A stretch of 64,000 bases of DNA from Geosiphon pyriformis uo1 (lineage: Eukaryota; Fungi; Glomeromycota). The notes beneath the pieces were generated by a model that was given only the letters and a program-made list of their open reading frames with translations, did not search any database and was not told the origin of the DNA. The position numbers were made by a program, and so were the translations under genes. The stretch is from NCBI GenBank assembly GCA_016748015.1, contig JAAOMT010000608.1, positions 186,001 through 250,000 of the forward strand. Reading direction: 5' to 3'. Of the stretch, positions 12,458-26,191 are shown piece by piece (position 1 is the first letter of the stretch; each line of letters opens with the position of its first letter).

Positions 12458-13974
12458 CTAATAATCGAAATCCACGAAAATATTTCCAGCATTTGAATCA
12501 ATGAAAAGACTTCCGTTTTTAGAGCTTGGGCCAGGTGTAATTACATGACCAGTAGACCAGTTTTTGTGATTCTTCTTTAAGGTTATATTTTTCAAAAGAT
12601 TAATATTGTCAATATAACCTGAATTGGTAGATAGATCGAAATCACCAGAAAATGTGCCGTTCTAATCAAATTAAATATATAGATTTTGATTCAAAATTCA
12701 TCATTCATTTCGATTTTGAATCAGTCAAAAAAAAAACCGTGCCATTAAATAAATGATCCAAATTTACAAACCAATCTTAAAGATATGTCTCCATGAGCAC
12801 TCTTCAGTTCAATTTTTGGATATACGGCAGAAGGAGAAGTCAAGATATCAAGATTAATAGAACCCGATTTGGTATCTGCTAAAAAAATCCCAGTATGATT
12901 TATCACGGTTCCATGAATTTTGCCGCCATCATTTGTTGAAAGTGATGCCGTTTTCGCTGAAAAATTCTTTACCGGAATTGAAAGTAAGCGTTTATTTCTC
13001 AGCAAAGTATTTACTTGAAATATGAGACAAATCATTCACCTTTAATTCAATATTACCATTCACGACACGGATATCTAATTCAGATTGTAAGTATGGCGTC
13101 TCATTTGGCAAGATAGTCACGTCAAATTCTTCAAAATTAAACAATAGTTTTGGTTCGGGGGCTTCATTTTGAGGTAGGTAAACGTAAATTTTTGCTTGAG
13201 CACACATTAAAGCGTCCCAGAATTCTCGTTTCCAAAATGACCAAACCGATTTTGTTTCAGTCTAATCAAAAAATCTACTAAACTGAGTGATCAAAGTTAT
13301 GTTAATTCAGAAAGATTTAAAATATTTGAAAATACCAAAGTTAATAGTTTTGTTGTGCCAATCGAATTAAAATTATGGCTTGCCGCGTAGTCTTTGTATG
13401 AATGAAAATGAACCACAATTGAAATGTTTGCGTTAGATGTTGAATTTTTTTGATTAAAGAATACTTCGCGTCTCTATTTTACCCGAAGGGAATATTCATA
13501 AAAACAAAGATAATGAGTTTGTACAGCAAAAAAAAAAAGGAGAAAAGTTCTTTGATTTGATATACACCATCATCTACTTGCCACGAAGAGACCATTGGTG
13601 GTAACATTCAACTGCATAAATTTTGAAGGATCATATTCATAAAATAATGGCTCGGTTTCCTTGATTAAAAGTTTTTGACATCGTTCGTTATGATAAGCAT
13701 TTGCGATAACAATCTGTTTACATATGTAATGTATATTTAAAATTAAGTAAACAGGAAAATATTGTTATTAGTTTTTGAACTTTCACTTACCATATATAAA
13801 ATATCTATAACGCTAAACAGTATTATTGTTAGTAACAAACAAAAAAATAGAGCAAAAGCCCATTTTTTTCCAGTCACCAAAAAAAATTTCAATGTTCCTC
13901 GAGTCTGATCTGATTAAAAATCATTAGTTTTAAGAATTCAAAGGAATGATAATTTTTTTAATTCTCTTTATATA

Positions 13975-14017
<43 letters not shown>

Positions 14018-14145
14018 GTACCTTCTTGCTGTTCCGCATGAGAAGTGGACCAAGGTGAAAACGTCGTGGCTGCATTTTGAATTGTTTCAGCGATATCATA
14101 CATTGAATCAATCTCACATTGTGATTCTTGTTTAAGATCGCGCAT
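12458..14145 (-). CDS. Type II membrane protein with adhesin-like (DUF4097-type) beta-solenoid repeats, multi-exon
   Basis: ATG 14145 (MRDLKQES...). Exon 1 ends at 14022. Exon 2 starts at 13909 and encodes a TM helix (WAFALFFCLLLTIILFSVIDILY). The C-terminal part has repeated (S/T)xxGxI units: VVNGNIEL, STNDGGKIHG, DTKSGSINL, KSAHGDISL, STNSGYID, DSNAGNIFV. Stop at 12458. Internal exons not all verified. Confidence 0.75.
13976..14017. repeat. (ATT)n microsatellite in intron 1 of the adhesin-like gene
   Basis: Direct inspection. It explains the poly-Ile run in ORF 13930-14325. Confidence 0.9.
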
Positions 14146-15176
14146 TCTGAAAAATATCTTGAACTGTGGGCCAGGTAGAAAGTTTTTGAAAGAGATATAG
14201 GTTAAATAAAAAATTTCCGTTAAATGCAGTGTTCCGAAAATAGTAAGGTACAAGTTTTTTGCCACAATTTTGCTTGGCCAACGGAGTGATGAAAATTTAA
14301 TCCGAATTACCAAAAACGTTTTCACAAAGATACCTCATGCGTTTCTTTTTTAGGAAGCAGGTGAAACGTGAAATTAATAAATTATTGAAGCACTCTTGCA
14401 TCTTTATTATCTCATGCGCCGCTTGGCTTTAATTTACACAATTAAGAAAATTAACACACATGAAAAGCAAAAGAATGTTCTGATTTCTAACTTTTTCAAG
14501 ATAAAGGCAATATTTAGAAGGTTGATTTGGAATACGTGTCATATGTAAAATAAACATGGAAATTTTACACGAAAACATTGATGTGGTTCTTTGATAAATA
14601 TTTTTTGTCGAAAGTGTAAAATGAAGCGTAAAAAAACAAAGAGATTTGGATGAATAAAAAGAAGCATTCACTTTTCATTATTTATGGGCAATCTCTTAAA
14701 AAGCTTATACTTGCAGATAGCAAAAGCAGGGAACGTATCTTCGTGATCAATTCAAAACCTTAAAAGTAAGCTAGATCGACAATTTTATGGTGCACAAAGG
14801 GGGGATGCCTGAATTCATTTCTATCAATTAAAAACTTAACCACCAATGAAATTTCAGGCACAATTTTCTTAGCGTGAGATGCAGATAAATAGACATGGAG
14901 TCATTCTTTAAAATGCAGTATATGGATTACGTTATTTCACTGTCCAAATCAAGTTTTTTTATATTTTTCAAATAATAATTACTTTGAAGAGTGGGTCTAA
15001 CTTTAAGTGTGGCTCAGATACTTGCTGCATGTAACCAGCCACCCGTATTATATATATTTAATCATGTAATTATATTTGATAATGGGTTTATTATACACCT
15101 TGTTATCATATTTTTAATTTGATACTAAAAATATATTATGGAGTTATTTGCTAATATTTTGATTTTTGATTCAAAA

Positions 15177-15208
<32 letters not shown>

Positions 15209-15684
15209 GATAATAATAATAATAATAATAATAACCAATTACTTTTTTTTATATATTTATCAAGTTATATATCAATTTTCAAAATTGGTTTTGAATCAAT
15301 TTATATAACTGATTTAAAATAGAAAAAAAGAATTTGTTCTCAATTTCATTCTAAAAATATGCTTACATAGCAAAAACATGAGGATCTAATTAAATGATTT
15401 CAATTTATTTATTTGATATCTTATGGAATAGATTTTCGAATTGATAAAAAATATTTTGAAGTCTTGATAGGTTAGGTTTGTTTAAAATCCCCAAAATTTT
15501 TTATTGGTTAATTTTTAAAAATGGGGCTGTGGCTATTTTCAAGTTAATCAACTTTTTCATACAAAAAAGAACGCCTAATGATAATTACATCAAAGATCAC
15601 ATATAATTGGATCAATTCTTTTTGAAAGTTAAAGATTTCATAATATTTAATAAAATTAATTTTCTTAATGAAATTATATTTCTC

Positions 15685-18600
15685 AATAATTTCATAACTT
15701 AAATTGTCTGAGTGAACTAAAAAGTAAATATTGATACTCACAAATAATTATCTTACCAAGCATATCTTCTTAGAATTTAAATTTTTTGACCAAATGTAGC
15801 AAGAAATTTTATTATTTTTTGCCAGTTTTTAAAATACTTCTTGTATTTATATATCTTTGCATTCCTTCCATTCCCGTTTTACAGTCCCCTATTGTAATAC
15901 CAAGATAAGAGCCTTTATGGGCTAAATTACTCTCAGCTTCTTTATATAACTGACCGCTGTTACAATTCTAGATAGGATATAAATAGGTAATAAGTTTTAA
16001 AAATTGAAAAAGTGGATCTGAATTTCAACTCATTAGAAAACTTCTTTAACTTTTACCGGATTTTCACCAGGGTCGCCAAATACCTCACATCGGTAAATCG
16101 GTTCATAATCATCTGGATTAGGACAATCACATTCGCGAGAAGCAATCCAATGCTCAACATTTGAATGAACATATTGTTCGCCTTCTTTTGCAACTGGAAA
16201 TTGTGGAACGTAATCATTGGTGTGGGTGACTCGAATGATACTACATTTTTCATTAACAAGTATTGCGAAATCTTTGTTCCCTATTCGAGGTTGCCCAAAT
16301 GTATAAATTTCTGTTTGGTCACCGAATGTATCACTTAAATTATCATTTAGTGCTTCAAGCTCATAAAGACATCCTGCTAAAAGAGCATACGCTATATTGA
16401 AATTAAATAAAGTTAATTTAAAATAGAGAATCTTAAATCCATGGATATATCTTTGAAAAAATTTGGAATTTGATAAGCTTACCGCCCCCTATTCCATGTC
16501 CTGTAAATTTCACCTTTAAGATCTGTTTATATTTTTGTGTTCCTTGAGCCAGCATCAAACGCCTTGCCAGCGACACATATGTTGCGATTTTTTTAAAAAG
16601 CCCTCCCTCGTTTATCATTTTTTGAACATGTTCATACCATACCTTATCAACTAAAGAATTTTTTGATGGAGATTGGAATACAGCCCAGTTTACTTCTCTC
16701 TGTTTCCATTCGTTCAACGATAATTCTTTTCCACGGAAATATACAATAATTTCCCTATTTTCAATTGGAAGATATGTACTTACTTTTTTTATCAGAGTGG
16801 CAGCTAAAATAAAGTTGAATAAAGATAAATGGTAGAATTCCTCAAACTTTAAAATAGTTTCAACAAATTAGAGATATGTAAAAATACCTATCACATCTGG
16901 CTCATTTACAAACTGACCAACATTATTTATCTTCATTGAGCAATAAGGTAAATTTGCGAATTGAGCCATCTCTTTTATATTTTTGCGTGGGATAGCATTT
17001 TTATGCATGGAATATTTAAAAGTTGTTTCAATAGTAGAACGAGATATTAGGACCTCCCGATCATTTTTGGCGTTTGTGTGATTTAATTGTGTTTGATTTC
17101 GTTGAATTTCTGGTTGATAACTTTGTACTATGAATAATTAAGAACTTTCAAAAGTTAGGTGAGAACACTTTGATAGCTTAAGAGTTTTTAAATATTTATG
17201 AGTTACTTTTTTTTATAGAATTTGGTATGTGCGGAAGCTCAATATATCGATTTTTCAGAAAAAATACATCGTAAAATGAAGCGAAAAGCCAAAAGACACC
17301 GATAATTGGGATAATTATTGTCAACCAAGTCTTTTGCGATTCTTTTATTGATGTATTAAGTATTTTCATCGGAAATTTCTTAGAAAGAGATGGTATCTAA
17401 TCACTTTAGTGCTGATGAATTGATTTGGTATATTCACGAAAATTATAAAATGACCCTTTCAATTGTTGGAAATGTAAAATCCGAATGAATAAATCAGGAA
17501 AATTCAATACAAGTTTTTATTATCACAATCTTTAGGATAAACTGATTTTAAATGCTTATTGAAATAAGAAGATGTACATTTTTATCTGTCTAGAAAATTT
17601 TAAATTGTATTCTGCCTTTGAATAAACCATGCAACAACCGGTTTCACCTTAGAGATCTCACAAGATCGATACTCTGGCAGATTCGGAACGCCGTTTCATT
17701 TCCCAGGAATCTTGGTCTTACTAAAAAGTCTGATGGCATCGTAAATACCTGGAGCATATGATAAAGTGCGTCATGCGTACTTAAATTATTTTGTTCTATA
17801 TAGCATTTGTTTTTTATTTTAAAATAACTCATATCAAGTATTTTTATAATTAGATTAAGTTCTTTTATTTTCCAGAAAAGTAAGCTCATAAGGTGATTAT
17901 CTTTCAATATTAAACCCCCACTTTTCTTTATAAGGTAAAAATATCCAAATCTATTAGGCATAATAGTTATGTTTTCTAAAGATTAAATCATGTTTCTCGC
18001 CCAATATATGACAATTTTTTAGTAAGGTCACCAAAATTTATATTGCTTAAAAGCAAACAATAAATCAAATGATATTTTTTATTATGAAAATCTAACACTT
18101 CATTTATCGACGAATTTTGAAAATCAGACTGTTTGCAAATAAAAATTTACTCAAGATTCTGATAATCAATATGAAGATTTCATTTATCAGAAATTCCCAC
18201 GGAGCATAAATTTCTATTTATTGTTAGTTTTCGTTGAAATCAAAATGTATCCTAAAAAGAAACTTATACAATTTCGATTTTTAGGCATTATTTTTTATTC
18301 ATATTAATTTTTTACCACTTATAGCAATATGATAAAAAGATCCTTTCCGAGATTATTAAACGTGAGAAGATGTCTACAAATGATATAAACTAGCGATTTT
18401 CTTGTGGGCAATAAAGTAGAAATAGATAAATAAAAGTTCACATGATTCAAGGGGAATAAATTCTCGGTATAATATCTCATCGCCTTAACTTAATGTATCA
18501 TTTGAATTTTGTCAAAACTAACTTCGATCAAAGCTGAATTGTTGATGGGAAAATGCTCATCCTAAATTTTCAGTTCCATTTGTTAATTCCCAGATCGACA

Positions 18601-19200
18601 TCATTTTATGACATCCGAAAATTACGGCTTTGTCAGAGTATTTTACCAATATTTATTTTACTCACAGAATTTTTGGAATTATTAATATTATTTATATTTA
18701 ATGTTGAAAATAAAAGGCTTTTTATTCTTTTATTGAAGAATACAAATCATCTGTTTACTTAAAATAAAAGTAAAAGAAAACTTAAAGTCATAAGTCATAA
18801 GCCAGAAATCAATGATATTGAACAGTCATCTTTAATATTCAGATTATATTAAAGTTTTTGAAACACAAGTTTTTTATTTTTAAAAAAATCAAAAGTTACA
18901 TAAATTAATATATTAAGATTATATTTCTTAATAAATTATTATAACATTTGGATAATTATTTTTTTATGGCTGCATTTATGTATATATATGTAATTAGTTT
19001 CAAAAAGTTTGAAACAATATATTAACATGATAATAAAAATTAGATAATAAAATATTGAGATATATACTCAAAAAAATAGCTCACATAAATAAACAACATC
19101 AAGTTTAATAGTAAAATGTTATTGTTTTATTTGTAATTCTATTAATTTTATTCTAATTGAGAACCAATTTTTTTTATCAAAAGTGGATAAATATTTGTTA
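15685..19200. repeat. Left arm of a ~3.5 kb inverted segmental duplication
   Basis: Reverse complement of ~22230-26165. Near-identical over the lipase 5' region and upstream DNA (e.g. 17740-18100 vs 23390-23760), decaying towards the inner end. Confidence 0.93.
15812..17369 (-). CDS. Class 3 lipase-like protein L2, catalytic Ser replaced (GHGIGG), 404 aa
   Basis: Exons 17369-17207, 17127-16888, 16803-16483, 16391-16057, 15967-15812 (1215 nt). N-terminal signal anchor WLTIIIPIIGVFWLFASFY. Motifs FANLPYC, VYFRGK, FTGHGIGG, FGQPRIGN, THTNDYVP, EHWIASRECDC, AHKGSYLG. Confidence 0.92.
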
Positions 19201-22200
19201 GAAAGGAAAAAATTTATTAAAATATTTTGATAATTTGACTAAAATTAAAATAATTTTTTGTTGTTTTAAATCTGGGTTTTACATCTGTTTTGTATTAATT
19301 ATATTAACAAAAATAGTTGTTTGTAAACAACAGTGTTTTTTTAATTTGGAATAATAAAAAAATAATATATTTATTAAAATAGATACAGAATAATATTTGG
19401 CTGTATTGTTCAATAAAATTATTTTCAGTCTATTATTACTTATTAAAAAACAAAGCAAGTTATATTTTAAGACACTTTTTTCAATTAACAAAACAATATT
19501 ATTTTAATTTTAAAAAATATATTAAGCTGTTTTGTGTAAAAATTATATTTAAAGATTTTAAATACTGTTATTTGTCAATTTATTTATTTATTTTTATTAT
19601 ACATAAAATTGTTAAATCTGCTGTAATTACAAAATCAATTTTTTTGTTGTATTTTGTATGTTTTATTGGCACACTTTTTAAGAACACCAAGAATTTTTAA
19701 AAATAGTTATTAAAATTATGCTGTTATGTTATTATTTAGTTTAAAAACTTAGTATTTGGTAATATAGCTCTAATTTTTGGGTGTATAACTTATAAAATTA
19801 GCAATATAATTGACATTAAATATGTTTTATTTTCTGGCTTTTAGGCTTATATTATAATTAAAAATATGTAATTGTAACATTTAAAACTTATAAGCCTAGT
19901 CACGTGTAGGAAAAGCATGATTCACATCTAGTTTAAATCACTTAGTTTAATGTATTTTACTAGGTAGTGTTTGGACCTCATTTATTAAACGTAATAAAAA
20001 AAACTTATAAAGCTTTCAATACTACAGATATTAAACTTAATATTTCAAAAAAACCAAATTTATTGCAAAATTTCTGTTTTTTAGTATTATTATAAGTATT
20101 AAAATACAAATTACTTGGCTTAAATCTGTAAAATTGTTGTTACTAGTTAAATTTAAGCCAAAAATTGACATAAATTATTTTTACTTTTTATCATTGACTT
20201 ATTGTATATTATTATTATTTATTTAGTATTTATCCAATTATTACTTATTTAAAGTGTTTATAATTTTTATTTTATTTAATATCTGATTTATACAATACAA
20301 CAAAGTAACTAAATATTTATAAATAAATTATACATTAAAACAAAATATGTAATATTAAAAAGTTTGCCAAAATGGAAATAGTTTAAGCAAATTTAAAAGG
20401 TTGTTAAAATTTTGTAAAAATAACAATATTTAGAATGTATAAAAATAGCTTGAATTTTCAATATTTAAAATAAATACAATCAAGAAAAACTAAAAAAAAT
20501 TATATTTATTTTATTACATTATAAATTAATTAATGACTTCCAACTTTATTAGAATAGATTTTAATATTTAAAGCTTAAAAACATTTTGTTAAAACCACAT
20601 AAATTTATTATTAATTACAAAATTAATTTTTTTTTTTTTGAAATTAGTCTAAAGTTGTATTGTAAATCAAAAAATACTTAATAAAAAACCTAAACAAATT
20701 ATCTCAAGATTAATTTGACATTGGATATTACACAAATTATAACTTGAAAATTTAAAAAATTTAAACTGGCTGTAATTTTTTAAAAAGTGCTTTTTGTTAA
20801 TAATTAAGAAATTAATTTCATTTTTTAGATTTATATACTGTTTATATAAAAAACCACTTGTATTTAAAAAAATTCTAATAAACTTATTGCCTTAATTTCT
20901 AACTTAATATTTATTTAATTTTTAATCATTTTAGTTGATTATATAATTATTTTAAAATAAATCTTTAATATAATTAATTAAGATTCAATATTTTATGCTT
21001 TAGTTAAAAATTTAATAATAAAATAGTTTTGATTAATAAATCAATAACTAAAAAGATTATAAAGAATATTTAATTATTTTTATTTGACTTTTTTGATATT
21101 CAAGTTCTTCAAACTTTTTATATTAATTTTAATTAATAAAAATTATGATAATAATTATAATAAAAATAAAAATAATAATAATAATAAACTTTTAATTAAT
21201 TTTATCATATTAAATAAAGTAAAGAGTATTTGATTTATTTTATTATGTATTTTTTTTTCAATTTGTTAAACCTATTAATATAAAAAATATTTTTATATTT
21301 TGGAGCTCTGTCTTTTTAAATTATTTAAACAATTATGGTTTTTTTGAAGTTTTAAACTTGGTAAGTTGTTAGTATTTAATAAATTTATGTTTCTGGTAAT
21401 TAAAAATTGTTTAAATATAACAAATATAAGCCTAAAAAGATTAAACTTTTTGATTTTTTTAAATCTTTTTGTATATTTAATAATTAAATACAAAATTGAA
21501 TAATCGAAAATTAAAAAGTCTTTATTTAATATTATTAGTTGACAGAAATATATCATTATATAATAATTCTAAAAAAAACCATTATTTTACTCTTGATTAG
21601 TTTTAAAAATAAAAAATGTATTTAATAAATTAATATCAAGCACTTATTAAAATATTTGTAAAAGAAATATTTAAACAAAACACTTATATAAACAGCTGTA
21701 AAAAATGTTAATTCAGCATTTAATAATAATATTATTATCAAATATTTGTTTTAAAAAAACTAGCGAATTTCTTTAAAGAATTTAAAATAGTTATTTATTT
21801 TAAAAAATTATAAAATTCAAAAAATGTAGAAAACAAACAGCGTATTTTTCCAATTTTACAAGAAATTGGTTTAAAAACAGTAGCAGTTTTGAAGTTTTTA
21901 AAAAACACAAAACTGTTGCTTTAAAGCATGCCCAAAAAAAACTTTATTTTGAAATTTTAAAATGATTTATGTTACTATAACTAAAAAGTGGTAATAATAA
22001 CAGTTGTTGCAAAGATTGTCTTTTTTTTGACTAAAAGGTTTTCTTGGTCAAATTTTTTAACAAAGTTCAAATATTTTAATGATAAACTTTTATCAAATTT
22101 TTTACTTTCTTTAGTGTTTTTAAAACAACAAAAAATTATTTTTAATCAATTTTTTTATTATTTTAATAGAAAAATTTAAATTAAAACTTATAAAATAAAA

Positions 22201-22230
22201 ATTAATTTTTAAAATTAAATAAATAATTGA
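19200..22230. other. AT-rich, CpG-poor spacer between the inverted-duplication arms
   Basis: Only low-complexity K/I/N/F ORFs. Probable decayed transposon-derived DNA. Confidence 0.5.
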
Positions 22231-24417
22231 AAATATTTTTTAATAAAAAAATATAATTTTTCAATTAAAATTATTATAATTACAAATAAAAGAATGCTAT
22301 TTTTACCTTTAAATTTGCTGTTGATTATTTATGTTAGCTATGGTTTTAAGTATATATCTCAATATTTACAATTGATTTTATTAAATAAATCAGTTATTTA
22401 ATACTATTTATAAAATTAATTATTAATTTAAGTATTTATATAATTTTTATTATCATGTTAATATATTGTATCAAACTTTTTGAATCTGATATATATAATC
22501 AACCATAAAAAAATAATTATCCAAATTGCTATGACGATTTATTAAGAAAATATAATCTTAATATATCATTTTATAAAATAAGATTCAGTGCTATTTATAC
22601 ATTTTAAAAAAATTTAATAAATAAATGACTCATGGGTTAATAAGATTTTTCTTATTTTGGTTTATTTCTTGACTGGTAATAAATGTAGTTTTTGATCTTT
22701 TAAAATAAAAACTTATATTTCAAAAATTTTAATATAATTTGAATATTAAAGATGACTTATGACTTTAAGTTTTTATTCAATTTTTATTTTAAGTAAACAG
22801 ATGACTTGTATTCTTCAATAAAAGAATAAAAAGTCTTTATTCTCAACATTAAATGTAAATAATATTAATAATTCCATTAATTCTGTGATTAAATAATTTT
22901 CGGATGTCAAAAAAAGATGTCAATCTGGGAATTAACAAACGGAACATGAAATTTATGATGGGCATTTCCCAATGATAGAAATTATTCCCCTTGAATCATG
23001 TGAACTTTTATTTATCTATTTCTCCTATATTGTCCACAAGAAAATCGGTAATGTATATTATTTGAAGACATCTTCTCACGTTTAATAATCTTATTTAAAC
23101 TCGGAAAGAATCTTCTTATCATATTGCTATAAGTGGTAAAAAATTAATATGAATAAAAAATAATGCTTAAAAATCGAAATTGTAAAAATACAACGGTAAT
23201 AAAACTTAAGTTTCCTTTTAGGATACATTTTGATTTCAACGAAAACTAACAATAAATAGTAATTTATGCTCCGTGGGAATTTCTGATAAATTGAAATCTT
23301 CATATTGATTATCAGCATCACAGAATCTTGAGTAAATTTTTATTTGCAAACAGTCTACTCGTGTGATTTTCAAAATTCGCCAATAAATGAAATGTTAGAT
23401 TTCATAATAAAAAATATCATTTGATTCATTGTTTGCTTTTAAGCAATATAAATTTTGGTGACCTTACTAAAAAATTGTCATATATTGGGCGAGAAACATG
23501 ATTTAATCTTTAGAAAACATTATTATTAGGCCTAATAGATTTGGATATTTTTACCTTATAAAGAAAAGTGGGGGTTTAATATTGAAAAATAATCACCTTA
23601 TGAGCTTACTTTTCTGGAAAATAAAAGAACTTAATCTAATTATAAAAATACTTGATATGAGTTATTTTAAAATAAAAAACAAATGCTATATAGAACAAAA
23701 TAATTTAAGTACGCATGACGCACTTTATCATATGCTCCAGGTATTTACGATGCCATCAAACTTTTTAGTAAGAAGATTTCTGGGTGCTCCGAATCTTTCA
23801 GAGTATGAATTTTGTGAGATCTTTAAGATGAAACCAGTTTTTGCGTGTTTTATGCAAAGGCAGAATAAAATTAAAAATAGAATCCGGAAAGAACTAAAAT
23901 TTTTTAGGCTGATAAAAACGTACATCTTCTTATTTCAATAAGCATTTAAAATCAGTTTATCCTAAAGATTGTGATAATAAAAATTTTTATCGAATTTTCC
24001 TCATTTATTCACATTCCCAACAAGTGAAAAGGGTCATTTTATAATTTTCGTGAATATACCAAATCAATTCATCAGCACTAAAGTGATTAGATTCCATCTC
24101 TTTCTAAGAAATTTCCGATGAAAATACTTAATACATCAATAAAAGAATCGCAAAAGACTTGGTTGACAATAATTATCCCAATTATCGGTGTCTTTTGGCT
24201 TTTCGCTTCATTTTACGATGTATTTTTTCTGAAAAATCGATATATTGAGCTTCCGCACATACCAAATTCTATAAAAAAAAGTAACTCATAAATATTTAAA
24301 AACTCTTAAGCTATCAAAGTGTTCTCACCTAACTTTTGAAAGTTCTTGATTATTCATAGTACAAAGTTATCAACCAGAAATTCAACGAAATCAAACACAA
24401 TTAAATCACACAAACGC

Positions 24418-24437
24418 NNNNNNNNNNNNNNNNNNNN
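24418..24437. other. Assembly gap (20 N) with duplicated contig ends
   Basis: 24094-24417 is repeated at 24438-24761, directly after the N run. Confidence 0.95.
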
Positions 24438-24461
24438 CCATCTCTTTCTAAGAAATTTCCG

Positions 24462-26006
24462 ATGAAAATACTTAATACATCAATAAAAGAATCGCAAAAG
24501 ACTTGGTTGACAATAATTATCCCAATTATCGGTGTCTTTTGGCTTTTCGCTTCATTTTACGATGTATTTTTTCTGAAAAATCGATATATTGAGCTTCCGC
24601 ACATACCAAATTCTATAAAAAAAAGTAACTCATAAATATTTAAAAACTCTTAAGCTATCAAAGTGTTCTCACCTAACTTTTGAAAGTTCTTGATTATTCA
24701 TAGTACAAAGTTATCAACCAGAAATTCAACGAAATCAAACACAATTAAATCACACAAACGCCAAAAATGATCGAGAGGTCCTAATATCTCGTTCTACTAT
24801 TGAAACAACTTTTAAATATTCCATGCATAAAAATGCTATCCCACGCAAAAATATAAAAGAGATGGCTCAATTTGCAAATTTACCCTATTGCTTACCGACG
24901 ATGAATAATGTTGATCAGTTTGTAAATGTGCCAGATGTGATAGGTATTTTTACATATCTCTAATTTGTTGAAACTATTTTAAAGTTTGAAGAATTCTACC
25001 ATTTTAGCTTTATTCATCTTTATATTAGTCGACTTTCTGATGAAAAAAGTAAGTCCATTTCCTCCAATTGAAAATCGGGAAATTATTGTATATTTCCGTG
25101 GAAAAGAATTATCGTTGAACGAATGGAAACAGAGAGAAGTAAACTGGGCTGTATTCCAATTTCCAAATGTTTCTTCAATACCATCAAAAAATCCTTTAGT
25201 TGATAAAGTATGGTATGAACATGCTCAAAAAATGATAAACGAGGGACAGCTTTTTAAAAAAATCGCAAGGCTTGTGGTGTTGGCTCGAGAAAAACAAGTT
25301 GAAAATCATATTCAGATCCTAAAGGTGAAATTTACAGGACATGGAATAGGGGGCGGTAAGCTTATCAAAATTCCAAATTTTTTCGTAGATGCATCTATGG
25401 ATTTAAGATTCTCTATTTTAAATTAATTTTATTTATTCTCAATATAGCGTATGCCGTTTTAGCAGGGTGTCTTTATGAACTTGAAGCACTAAAGGATAGT
25501 TTAAGTGATAATCGTGATAGAATGAAGCTATTCAGTGACCAAATAGAAATTTATTCATTTGGGCAACCTAGAATAGGGAACAAAAATTTTGCAAAACTTG
25601 TTAATGAAAAATGTAGTATCGTTCGAGTTACCCACACCAATGATTACGTTCCACAATTTCCAGTTGCAAAAGAAGGCGAACAATATGTTCATTCAAATGT
25701 TGAGCATTGGATTGCTTCTCGCGAATGTGATTGTCCTAATCCAGATGAATATAAACCGATTTACCGATGTGAGGTATTTGGCGACCCTGGTGAAAATCCG
25801 GTAAAAGTTAAAGAAGTTTTCTAATGATTTGAAATTCAGATCCACTTGTTCAATTTTTAAAAATTATTACCGATTTATATCCTATCTAGAATTGTAACAG
25901 CGGTCAGTTATATAAAGAAGCTGAGAGTTATTTGGCCCACAAAGGCCCTTATCTTGGTATTACAATAGGGGATTGTAAAACGGGAATGGAAGGAATGCAA
26001 AGATAA
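24462..26006 (+). CDS. Class 3 lipase-like protein L3, catalytic Ser replaced (GHGIGG), 399 aa; recent duplicate of L2
   Basis: Exons 24462-24624, 24704-24943, 25029-25355, 25448-25800, 25890-26006 (1200 nt). Same motifs as L2, with AHKGPYLG. Confidence 0.92.
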
Positions 26007-26191
26007 TATATATATATACTTGTAAAATTATAAAAGCTAGCAAAAAAAGATAAAATTTTGTCAAAGAATTTAAACCTAAGAAGATATAATGCTTGGTAAG
26101 ATAATTTGTGAGTATCAATATTTACTTTTTAATTCACTCAGACAATTTAAGTTGTGAAATTATTTAGAACTAATTGTGTACGAAAACACTT

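Larger units (their letters stand above)
22230..26165. repeat. Right arm of the inverted segmental duplication
   Basis: Reverse complement of ~15685-19200. Includes the assembly gap and the artefactual 324 bp overlap. Confidence 0.93.

Noticed and set aside
13930-14325. ORF with a poly-isoleucine tract
   Set aside because: Read-through into an intronic (AAT)n microsatellite. Only 14145-14022 is exon.
18380-18430. FLVGNKVE resembling a small-GTPase NKxD motif
   Set aside because: It lacks the Asp and all other G boxes, and the motif is not preserved in the duplicated arm.
17644-23941. Similar ORFs 17644-17961 (-) and 23582-23941 (+) as a conserved gene pair
   Set aside because: The similarity is explained by the recent inverted duplication. 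Starts and frames differ between copies and no motif is recognisable.
24094-24761. Apparent tandem duplication of L3 exon 1 (324 bp)
   Set aside because: The two copies are identical and flank a 20-N gap, and the sister arm has a single copy. This is an unmerged contig overlap.
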